From contig NZ_JAHXBG010000030.1 in assembly GCF_020103725.1 (NCBI RefSeq), positions 100,337 to 139,861 on the forward strand: a stretch of DNA of 39,525 nucleotides, in the 5' to 3' direction. The notes under the pieces are model-generated. The model was not told the origin of the DNA, made no database searches, and saw only the letters and a list, made by a program, of their open reading frames with translations. The stretch's first letter is position 1; each line of letters starts with the position of its first letter. The stretch comes from Hyalangium gracile (GTDB lineage: Bacteria; Myxococcota; Myxococcia; Myxococcales; Myxococcaceae). The position numbers were made by a program, and so were the translations under genes. Shown here piece by piece: positions 28,625-37,300 of the stretch.

Positions 28625-29659
28625 GTGACTACATCGGCGCATACCCGACGCGGTTCGAGGCAGGCCCACAGTGGCGGACATGGGCACGATCATGCCGGGC
28701 ATGACCATGACCATGACCACGGGCATGGGCACGGGCATGGGCACGGCCATGGGCACGGACACCCGCCTCGGAGGCCGGCCAACCTGGCCGACGAGCGGCG
28801 CAAGGACCGGAATCGGCTGCTGTTCGCGCTGATCCTCACGGCGACCATCGCGCTGGCGGAGGCGGTGGGCGGCTTCCTGACGAACTCGCTGGCGTTGATG
28901 TCCGACGCGGGCCACATGCTCACGGACGTGTCCGCGCTGGCGCTGAGCCTGCTGGCGCTGTGGTTCGCGGGCAAGCCGGCCGACCTGAAGAAGACGTACG
29001 GGTACTACCGGATGGAGATCCTCAGCGCGCTGTTCAACGGCGTGCTGCTGCTGGGGATCACCGGAGTCATCCTCGTGGAGGCCTGGGAGCGCTTCCGCGC
29101 GCCGGCGCCGGTGCAATTGGGCCCCATGGCGGTGGTGGCGACGGTGGGTCTGGTGGCGAACCTGGCGGCGCTGGGCTTCCTGCACCGGACGCACTCGCTC
29201 AACGTGCGCGGGGCGTTCCTGCACGTACTGGGGGATGCGCTGTCCAGCGTGGGCGTGCTCGTGGGCGCGGGGATCATGGCGCTGACGGGCTGGTTCATCG
29301 TGGATCCGCTCATCTCCGTGCTCATCTCGGTGGTGATCGTGGTGGGGGCCATCCGGCTGGTGCGCGACGCGGTGGACGTGCTGCTGGAGGCGGTGCCCGC
29401 GCACGTGGACCTGGAGGCGGTGAGGGAGCTGCTGCTGAAGGTCCAGGGCGTGAGCGCGGTGCACGATCTGCACGTGTGGACAATCTCCAGCGGGCTGTAC
29501 GCGCTCTCGGTGCACCTGGTGGTGGTGAACGCGCTGGCGTGCAACAACGACGAGATCCTCTCGGCGGTGAAGCACGAGCTGTTCGACCGGTTCGGCATCG
29601 ATCACACCACGATCCAGATCGAGAGCGAGGCCTACGCCCACGTGGGCGAGGTGCACTGA
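28625..29659 (+). CDS. Cation diffusion facilitator (CzcD/ZitB-like) metal exporter with a His-rich N-terminus
   Basis: An (HG)n/HDH-rich leader is followed by TM1 LLFALILTATIALAEAVGG, HxxxD-type motifs (SDAGHMLTD, HVLGDALSS) and the C-terminal cytoplasmic domain. The GTG start at 28625 is tentative. Confidence 0.8.
   Translation: MTTSAHTRRGSRQAHSGGHGHDHAGHDHDHDHGHGHGHGHGHGHGHPPRRPANLADERRKDRNRLLFALILTATIALAEAVGGFLTNSLALMSDAGHMLTDVSALALSLLALWFAGKPADLKKTYGYYRMEILSALFNGVLLLGITGVILVEAWERFRAPAPVQLGPMAVVATVGLVANLAALGFLHRTHSLNVRGAFLHVLGDALSSVGVLVGAGIMALTGWFIVDPLISVLISVVIVVGAIRLVRDAVDVLLEAVPAHVDLEAVRELLLKVQGVSAVHDLHVWTISSGLYALSVHLVVVNALACNNDEILSAVKHELFDRFGIDHTTIQIESEAYAHVGEVH
28690..28760 (+). repeat. 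Short tandem nucleotide repeat (catgggcac/ggg variants) encoding an (HG)n His-rich tract of the CDF transporter
   Basis: ccatgaccatgaccatgaccacgggcatgggcacgggcatgggcacggccatgggcacggacac is visible directly in the sequence. Confidence 0.7.
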
Positions 29660-29752
29660 GGCTCCCCGAGGGGCATCCAAGCGGTAGGGAGACGACGCTC
29701 GGTGCTCAGTTGTCTTGCAGAGGCCGAGGAGTCGGACCATCCTCGGCGGCCG

Positions 29753-30796
29753 ATGACTGTGCTGGACAAGGTGCTGGCGCTACGGCCAGCGAACGCGGTG
29801 GCGCGGCTGGGGCAGGGCTCCCGGCTGCCGCTGCTCAGCCCGAGCGAGCTGCTGCGGGCGCTGGAGGGGTCTCCGGCGGCGCTGCCCTGTGTGCCCGTGC
29901 GGGCCAAGGCGTCCGTGCCTGGGCTGCTGGCGGCGGCGAGGGCGGAGGACTCGGTGCTGGGGCTGGCGTGCTCGCACCCGCTGGCGGACCGGGGTGCCAC
30001 GGAGCGCTTCCTGGCCACGGTGAGGGCGGCGGCCGCGGAGGCCGAGCACTCGCGCCCCATCTTCCTGCAGGCCGGGCCGGTGCGGGTGGCGAAGCCCAAG
30101 CCGGAGGGGCTGGCGGTGCAGCAGGAGGCCATCTTCCGGCTGGTGGATGATGGGTTCTCCCTGGTGTCGCTGGACGTGTCGCGGCTGGAGGCGAGCGCGG
30201 CGGTGGAGGTGGTCCGGTCGCTTTCCTCGCCGCTCCGGGAGCGGGAGCTGCCGCTGGAGCTGACCCTCCCGATGCCCGCGCGCGAGAGCGAGAGCCTGAC
30301 GGACACGGCCCGCCCGCTGCTGGCGGGGCTGCGCAAGGGCGGGGTGCCGGTGCGCTTCCTGCGGGTGCCGGCGGCGGTGTTCGGCGAGGAGGATCTGGAC
30401 GTGGGGCTGCTGCACCTGCTGGTGGAGCTGGCCACGGAGTTCGGGGTGAGCGTGACGGTGGCGGACGTGGGGGAGCGCTCCCTGCGATCGCTGCCCACCT
30501 TCGTGGCGGCGGGGGTGCGCAAGGTGGACTGCGCGGGCCCCTTCGAGCGGTTGGCGCTGGCGGCGTGGCCGGCGGACGCCCGGGCCATCGTGGAGCAGAA
30601 GGCGGAGGCCACGGGGGTGCCCCCGGGCGAGCTGCTGGGGCTCATCGAGGAGCAGCTGCAGCCGCTGGAGGACTCCGCGCGCGACAAGCTGGAGGCGCTG
30701 TCCTTCACCGAGGCCACCGAGGTGCTGTCCCTGCTGGGGGTATCGCGGACGGGCTGGCGCTCCATGGTGTGGCTGGCCGAGAACCGGGGCGATTGA
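29753..30796 (+). CDS. Hypothetical protein (no family recognised)
   Basis: It is a long, Ala/Leu-rich ORF with consistent codon bias, and the ATG at 29753 is inside a GTG-initiated track ORF (29702). It ends 4 nt before rsmD. Confidence 0.5.
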   Translation: MTVLDKVLALRPANAVARLGQGSRLPLLSPSELLRALEGSPAALPCVPVRAKASVPGLLAAARAEDSVLGLACSHPLADRGATERFLATVRAAAAEAEHSRPIFLQAGPVRVAKPKPEGLAVQQEAIFRLVDDGFSLVSLDVSRLEASAAVEVVRSLSSPLRERELPLELTLPMPARESESLTDTARPLLAGLRKGGVPVRFLRVPAAVFGEEDLDVGLLHLLVELATEFGVSVTVADVGERSLRSLPTFVAAGVRKVDCAGPFERLALAAWPADARAIVEQKAEATGVPPGELLGLIEEQLQPLEDSARDKLEALSFTEATEVLSLLGVSRTGWRSMVWLAENRGD

Positions 30797-30800
30797 GCCG

Positions 30801-31358
30801 ATGCGAATCGTCGCGGGCAGTGCGAAGGGGCGGGCGATCCAGGGGCCGAAGACGACATCCCGGCACATCCGCCCCACGGCGGACCGGGTGCGGGAGACGC
30901 TCTTCAACGTCCTGGGCCAGTGGCTGGAGGGGCAGGCGGTGTTGGATCTCTACGCGGGCACGGGGGCGCTGGCGCTGGAGGCCCTCTCCCGAGGGGCGGG
31001 CCGGGCGGTGCTGGTGGACTCGGACCGAGAGGCGCTGGGGCTGTGCCGGCAGAACACGGACACCCTGGGGTTCACCGCCCAGGTGGAGATCCTGGGCCAG
31101 CCGGTGGCGAAGGCGGTGGAGGCGTTGGGCCGGCGGGGCGAGAGCTTCGAGCTCATCTTCGCGGACCCGCCCTACGCGGCGCGGGTGGTGGAGACGGTGC
31201 TGGAGCAGGTGGGGAAGGCAGGCTTGGTGGCGCCCGGAGGGCTGCTCGTCATCGAGCACGACAAGCGCGAGCCGGCCCCGGATTCCCACGAGGGCTTTGC
31301 CCGGGAGGACCAGCGCCGGTTCGGGGACACGCTGGTGAGCTTCTACCGCATTCCTTGA
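30801..31358 (+). CDS. rsmD: 16S rRNA (guanine966-N2)-methyltransferase RsmD
   Basis: RIVAGSAKGRAIQGP...TADRVRETLFNVL...LDLYAGTGALALEALSRGA...FADPPY is the RsmD signature. Confidence 0.85.
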   Translation: MRIVAGSAKGRAIQGPKTTSRHIRPTADRVRETLFNVLGQWLEGQAVLDLYAGTGALALEALSRGAGRAVLVDSDREALGLCRQNTDTLGFTAQVEILGQPVAKAVEALGRRGESFELIFADPPYAARVVETVLEQVGKAGLVAPGGLLVIEHDKREPAPDSHEGFAREDQRRFGDTLVSFYRIP

Positions 31359-31391
31359 CCGACCCCCGAGGGCGTCCGAGACTCCTGCGCC

Positions 31392-31874
31392 ATGCCTGTG
31401 GCCATCTATCCAGGTTCCTTCGATCCGCTCACCAACGGGCACGTCAGCCTCATCCAGCGCGGTCTGCAGATGTTCGACCGGCTGATCGTGGCCATCGCGG
31501 TGAACCCGAAGAAAGTGCCGCTCTTCTCGCTGGAGGAGCGGCGCGAGCTCATCCGCCAGGCCTGCCCGGACGAGCGGGTGGAGGTGGACGCCTTCCAGGG
31601 GCTGTTGGTGGAGTACGCCAAGAGCCGACAGGTGAACGTGCTGATCCGTGGGCTGCGGGCGGTGTCGGACTTCGAGTACGAGTTCCAGCTGGCCAACATG
31701 AACCGCAAGCTGGCGCCGGGTATCGAGACCGTCTTCATGATGACGGGTGAGGATTATTTCTACATTTCTTCACAGCTCGTTCGGGAAGTGGCGTCATTCG
31801 GGGGGGATGTGACGGGCCTGGTGCCGGACAACGTGCACGCGAAGCTGCGGGAGAAGTTTGCCCGGAAGCCCTGA
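31392..31874 (+). CDS. coaD: Phosphopantetheine adenylyltransferase
   Basis: [24 protein letters not shown] (the HxGH nucleotidyltransferase motif) is present at ~160 aa. The rsmD-coaD gene pair is conserved. Confidence 0.9.
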   Translation: MPVAIYPGSFDPLTNGHVSLIQRGLQMFDRLIVAIAVNPKKVPLFSLEERRELIRQACPDERVEVDAFQGLLVEYAKSRQVNVLIRGLRAVSDFEYEFQLANMNRKLAPGIETVFMMTGEDYFYISSQLVREVASFGGDVTGLVPDNVHAKLREKFARKP

Positions 31875-31925
31875 GACGCTCAGTAGATCTTGTCGGCCCG
31901 GGTGCACTCGCGGTACCACCCGGAC

Positions 31926-33116
31926 ATGCAATTGGCACAGCGCATCAAATCCATCAAGCCGTCCCCCACGCTGGCGCTGAACGCACGCGCGAAGGCGCTG
32001 GCGGCGCAGGGCGTGGACGTGGCGGGGTTCGTGGCGGGAGAGCCGGACTTCGACACGCCGGAGTTCATCAAGCAGGCGGCGATCGACAGCCTGAAGGCGG
32101 GCTTCACGAAGTACACGCCGACGGCGGGCATCCCGGAGCTGCGCGAGGCCATCTGCGCGAAGCTCCAGCGGGACAACCAGCTCACGTACGCGCCGGATCA
32201 GGTGCTGGTGTCGGTGGGGGCGAAGCACTCGCTCTACAACATCTTCCAGGCGCTGCTGAACGAGGGTGACGAGGTCATCATCTTCACGCCGTACTGGGTG
32301 AGCTACCCGGACATGGTGCTGCTGGCGGGCGGCAAGCCGGTCTTCATCGAGACGCGCGAGGAGAACGGCTTCGCGCCGGATCCAGAGGCCATCCGCCGCG
32401 CTCTGACGCCGCGCACGCGGGCGGTGGTGATCAACAGCCCGAGCAACCCCAGCGGGGCGGTGTTCTCGCGGGCGGCGCTGGAGGGCATCGCGGCGGCGGT
32501 GCGCGGGCATGACTGCCTGATCATCAGCGACGACATCTACGAGAAGCTGCTGTACCAGGGGGAGTTCCTGAACATCGCCAACGTGGCGCCGGACCTGTTC
32601 CCGCGGCTGGTGGTGGTGAACGGGATGAGCAAGGCGTACTCGATGACGGGCTGGCGCCTGGGGTACGCGGCGGGGCCGAAACCGCTCATCTCGGGCATGC
32701 AGATGATCCAGGACCAGTCGACGTCAAACCCCACGTCCATGGTGCAGAAGGGGGCGGTGGCGGCGCTGAAGGGCCCCACGGAGTTCATCACCAAGATGGT
32801 GGAGGAGTTCCGGGCGCGGCGGGAGCTGATCGTCTCAGGGCTCAACGCGCTGGACGGGGTGCGCTGCCGCACGCCGGAGGGCGCGTTCTACGTGTTCCCG
32901 GACGTGCGAGGGCTGCTGGGGCGCACGTACAAGGGCGCTCCGGTGGGGACCTCGAGCCGGCTGTCCGAGATCCTCCTGGACGACTTCCGGGTGGCTGTGA
33001 TGCCGGGCGCGCCGTTCGGGGCGGAGGGCTTCCTGCGCCTGAGTTTCGCCACCTCGCGCGAGGTCATCCAGAAGGGCCTGGGACGGATGCGCGATTTCGT
33101 CGCGGCTCTCAGCTGA
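31926..33116 (+). CDS. PLP-dependent aminotransferase, class I/II (aspartate/aromatic type)
   Basis: The PLP-lysine context is GMSKAYSMTGWRLGY, alongside NSPSNPSG and fold-type I patterns. The start is taken at MQLAQRIK; the track ORF begins 12 codons upstream. Confidence 0.85.
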   Translation: MQLAQRIKSIKPSPTLALNARAKALAAQGVDVAGFVAGEPDFDTPEFIKQAAIDSLKAGFTKYTPTAGIPELREAICAKLQRDNQLTYAPDQVLVSVGAKHSLYNIFQALLNEGDEVIIFTPYWVSYPDMVLLAGGKPVFIETREENGFAPDPEAIRRALTPRTRAVVINSPSNPSGAVFSRAALEGIAAAVRGHDCLIISDDIYEKLLYQGEFLNIANVAPDLFPRLVVVNGMSKAYSMTGWRLGYAAGPKPLISGMQMIQDQSTSNPTSMVQKGAVAALKGPTEFITKMVEEFRARRELIVSGLNALDGVRCRTPEGAFYVFPDVRGLLGRTYKGAPVGTSSRLSEILLDDFRVAVMPGAPFGAEGFLRLSFATSREVIQKGLGRMRDFVAALS

Positions 33117-33182
33117 AGAACACGGACCCACGATCCTGGATGCACAGGTCGCGGGTCCCTCGTCTCGGCGCGGGTCCCCCCA

Positions 33183-33572
33183 TCAGCGGATGGGTCCTCC
33201 CGCGCCGGCCGTCCCGCTCTCCCTCGCTACACGGCTCCGCTCGTCGGCCAGCTCCACACGAGCCTGTATGGTGCGTTGGCCCAGTACGTACGGAACCCAC
33301 AGCGCCAACAGCTTCCACACGGCAATACCCGCGTTGGACAGCAGTCGGTCCACCTGTTTCACTCCGTGCTTGCCCTGAGCCCCTCGGGCCAGCGCCACCG
33401 CTTGGCCGATGGCGTACACCGACAGGCTGGCCGCGTGGATGACTCCCAACGTGGCCAGCGCCAGCGACAGCACGCGCTTGGCGTGCAGATCCTCTCCGAA
33501 GAGGCCTTCGAGGCAGGTACGCACCTGCTGCTCAGGGATGGCGGAGGAACTCACCGGCCACGTAGTATGCAC
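33183..33572 (-). pseudogene. Truncated IS4-family transposase N-terminal fragment (remnant)
   Basis: HAKRVLSLALATLGVIHAASLSVYAIGQAVA...HGVKQVDRLLSNAGI matches the conserved N-terminal region of IS4-type DDE transposases. Only ~129 aa are present, and no DDE core follows before the aminotransferase gene. Confidence 0.55.
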
Positions 33573-33642
33573 CGCACCCTACCTGGCGCATCAAGCGTTC
33601 AACTCGGCGCTTGTCTGCTTGCCCGCAAGATGAGGGGATGCC

Positions 33643-33897
33643 TCAGGGTGTTTTGATGAGAATTCCAGTCTCGAATGCTGTGTGAGTCCGAGCGACCGTG
33701 AAGGCTTGATCGAGTTCTTGGGTGCGCAAAATATCGATCCAGGGCGCACTGCGCTTTGCTTTCTCGCATACTGCGAAGGTGAATCCTCTTTCTTGAGCTA
33801 GTTGGAGATCTTCTGCGGGTGGGTTCAGTGAAGGGTCGGACATGTGAGAGCCTTTGCTACGGGCGCATGCCTCAAGGCGATGCGAAGTTGGTGGCAC
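33643..33897 (-). CDS. Small hypothetical ORF in a low-GC islet (possible orphan immunity gene)
   Basis: The ~50% GC here contrasts with the ~70% background. The ORF lies between the IS remnant and the RHS immunity gene. No homology was recognised, and it could be spurious. Confidence 0.25.
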   Translation of the reverse strand: MPPTSHRLEACARSKGSHMSDPSLNPPAEDLQLAQERGFTFAVCEKAKRSAPWIDILRTQELDQAFTVARTHTAFETGILIKTP

Positions 33898-34032
33898 AGC
33901 GCATGGCGCAAGACGTCCAGCGGGTGCTCGATCAACGACTGCTGCCCGTGGTGGTGCTTACCGACGGTGAGCCGGAGATGATGAACCTGCTTGAGCAGGT
34001 GTTGGCCGCGCACGTGCCCAAGGCCACGCGGA

Positions 34033-34359
34033 TTAGGATTCTTTTGCTCCAAAGCTGTGATCCCATGCCGAGAGTGTAACGGCGCACTCTTTTTCGAGTT
34101 CGGGCCATTTTCGACGGACTTGATTAAGCACCTCGGTTAGCCGATCGCGGCTATCGTACGGGAAGGAGTCTCGCATCAGTAATGCAATGCGAGCTTTTTC
34201 TATATTGTCTCCTTCTAGCCATTGTTGTCTTGCCGAGATGATTTGGGACGCCATCTCTTCATCGAGGGCCCACATGAGTTCCTCAAGGATCTCCGCAAAG
34301 CCTTGGTCGGGTAGTGCTTGTGCGCGTCTTGAGAAGAGGAAGTCAGCAATGTTCTCCAT
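34033..34359 (-). CDS. Putative immunity protein for the RHS C-terminal toxin (108 aa, acidic)
   Basis: It starts 12 nt downstream of the RHS stop on the same strand, in low-GC DNA (~48-50%). Position and size are typical of polymorphic-toxin immunity genes. No family was recognised. Confidence 0.5.
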   Translation of the reverse strand: MENIADFLFSRRAQALPDQGFAEILEELMWALDEEMASQIISARQQWLEGDNIEKARIALLMRDSFPYDSRDRLTEVLNQVRRKWPELEKECAVTLSAWDHSFGAKES

Positions 34360-34371
34360 TTGGGCTCCTTT

Positions 34372-37300
34372 CTAATTTTTTCGACGATAGGTAGTTGTAG
34401 TTGCCGAAGACGTATTCGACAAGGGTGTTCCCGCAGTCCGTTTGGGGACTCCGAAAGAATGGATTGATTCTAGTGGGGCAGATTCAATGAATTCAAACCC
34501 CGCGTCCTCCGCTACTTCAGGTTTTACTGCCTTGGCGTACTTGTTCGCTGGGGACCCAGAAACCTTTAGCAAGCCGCCTGGTCGCGTGACACGTGCGATT
34601 TCCTGGGATACTGGCCTGAAGCCATAAGGGTTAATGGCATGCACTTCGTCAAAGTATGATGCTGGAAATGGTAGATCGTTCGCATCCGCAACAATATCCA
34701 CCCCGGGAAGTTTCTTGATATCCACGTTGACCGCACCGGTCATCGGGTTATCTCCCGAGCCGAGATTCAGAATGCGCTTGGGATAAGCCCTTGCGAGTGC
34801 CTCATAGCTTTGTGGCAGTTCTCCGTTCTCACCTGCTGCGGCGGCGCTGTGAGCGCTTCCCCCAGATGGACTCTCCGTCGCTTGTGTGACGCTCTCGTGA
34901 ATGGAGCCGAGCCTGCCAGACGTTGCTGTGCTTCCGATGGGCCGCGCCGCCCGAATGGCGGTGCCAGCACCAGTGACTACTTCGGTTGCTCCTTCCTGCA
35001 AGCCATAGGCTGCAGCGTTGCCTAGATCGTCGGCGAGGCCTGCTATAGTGGAGTATGCTTTGCCTAGAACAGCCCCTCCTGCGCCCCCGAGGATAGAGCC
35101 TACTCCAACCTGTATGGAGACCTCGTGCAGGCTTACGGATGCGCGGCGACCGCTGCTGACATCAATGGACTGTGTCACTAGAGAATCACCACCACCCATT
35201 ACGGCCCCGCCAAAAACTCCTCCAATGGCAGTGGCGAGGACAGTTCCTGCGCCTAGGCTGGTGGCTGCTGCTGTTGCGACACCTCCAGTAGCGATTGACA
35301 GTCCAGCAACACCAGCACCTGCAGTACCTGAGAGTGCAACCTGTCCCCATTGAGTTCTCGACGTGGCATCCGAGAACGAAACGGCTTTGTTCTGATCGGC
35401 CTGCTTGAAGAAGTTCAGTTCTGCGCTGATGAGTGCTGCGCCAATGATGATCAGCGGGATGACTTTACCGCTCGGATCGGTGTACACTGCAGGGTTGTTT
35501 GCGGCGTACACGTATCGGTGCAGGTTCGGAGCGGCAGTCGGAATCAATTCGAGCGGGTCTCTGCTGATAAAGCGACCCAGTTCGTTGTCATAGTATCTTG
35601 CTCGTGCGTACGTGAGTTCAGTCTCTACGTCGAACTGGTGCCCCGTATAGCCGAGCTTGAAGTTATCGGCTGAGGGAGCCGTTTCTCCAATGTGACTCCC
35701 CCACACGTCGTACTTCCTTGCGGTCATTACCCTGCCAGTTGTGGAGGTGGCGTCGGACACGCTGCCTAGAGCATCGTTGCTCAGGAAGTTCGTAGTGGTG
35801 CAAATAGACGTGTTGTCGCTAACAGCCAAGGCCTCATGGGCATAGTGATAGCGGCGCATTGCTTGGCGAACTGTGTCTTTTTCTTGGAGAACGAAGTCGT
35901 CATCTAGCACGTACTCGACGTTCTCTAGTGCTGTGCGGCGCCAGGTTCGCTGGAGGTTAGCATCGTAGTCGTAGCGCCCCGTCTCCAGATTGTTGTCGTG
36001 CACCACTGTCAAAGTGTTGCGGATGTCCCATGAGAAGGACCGAATGCGCGAGGAGGAGATGAAGGAGGTGAGATTGCCGTTAGCGTCATAGCTGATTTGA
36101 CGTTCCCTCGAACTGTCCAGTCGATCGGCAAGGCGAATCAGCCAGTCAACACGGTTGAAGGTTCCGGAGGTGTCGCGCGCGAGTTGACCTGCAGGTAGCG
36201 AGTCGAAGGCGTCAGGCCCCAGTGATGAGACAACGGAAGAGGAGGCGTCTCGCTCTCCAATGCGATTGCCGACAGCGTCCAACTGGTAGAGGACCGCGCG
36301 ACCATCTGCGTAGGCTACGCCCGTGAGCCTGTCGAGGGCGTCGTAGCCGTAGGTGGTGGTCTCGGGAGCAGCGATCGACCCTGTATCGGGTCGAGTGCGT
36401 GTCTCTATCTGGCGCAGACGATTGCCATTGAAGTCGTAGACGTAGACGAAGCGACTTCGTAGCGTGCCCTTGGGCGTGCAGTCTTCGGAAACGGCCCCTT
36501 GGGCCAGGACGAGTTGGGTGATTTGGCCAGCAGCGTCATAGCACCGCGTTTCCGTCAAGCCGTTGGGCAGTTCCGTGTTCTTCAGCAGCGAGTCAGGCCA
36601 GTATTTGAAGTAGGTTGTCCCCTCGGGAATCGTCGCTTGGGAGAGCCGGCCTAGCGCGTCGTACTCGTAGTTCGTCGAGATATTGTCCGGATCTGTAATG
36701 CTCTTTCGCCGCCCCGCTGCGTCGTAGGTGAAGGCGATGTTCTTATTCGAAGGGAGTGTGGTGCTCTCAAGCCTGTCGAGCTTGTCGTACGTGTGTGTGG
36801 TGTGCTGCTGAGCGACAGTGCTCGCATCGGTCCGTTTGGTTTCGATGATGTCGGTGAGATTGCCGTTGGCGTCGTACGTGAAACTCTGCGCCTCGATAGA
36901 GGGGAAGGCTCTCGGCAGAGCGTGGTTCGAGTAGGTGCGTGAGGCCAGGCGGTCCAACAATCCATAGACGGAGGCTGTTACTTGCCCCTTGGCGTCGGTG
37001 AAGGTCTTGAGGTTGCCGTTGGCGTCGTACGTCGAGCGCCAGGTAAGGGTCCCCACGTCGGACAGGGTCTCGGCGCCTGGTTCGAAGAGCGGCAGGGTGG
37101 TTCTGTGCGCCGCAGTCAGCCGCAAGTGCGCGTCGAGGTGGACGTGCTCGGCGGTGCGATGGCCGAGTGCATCGAACTCGAACGTCGAGAGGTTCCCGTT
37201 GGCATCCTGCTTCGCCACGAGGTTGCGTGTGGCGTCGTAGACGAAGGAGTAGTGCCCTTCCAGCGCATCGACCACGTCCGTGAGCTTGCCTACCTCGTCA

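Noticed and set aside
33819-34079. 86-aa plus-strand ORF in the low-GC islet
   Set aside because: It overlaps the minus-strand small ORF, and no family was recognised. One of the two may be real, but it cannot be decided from sequence alone.
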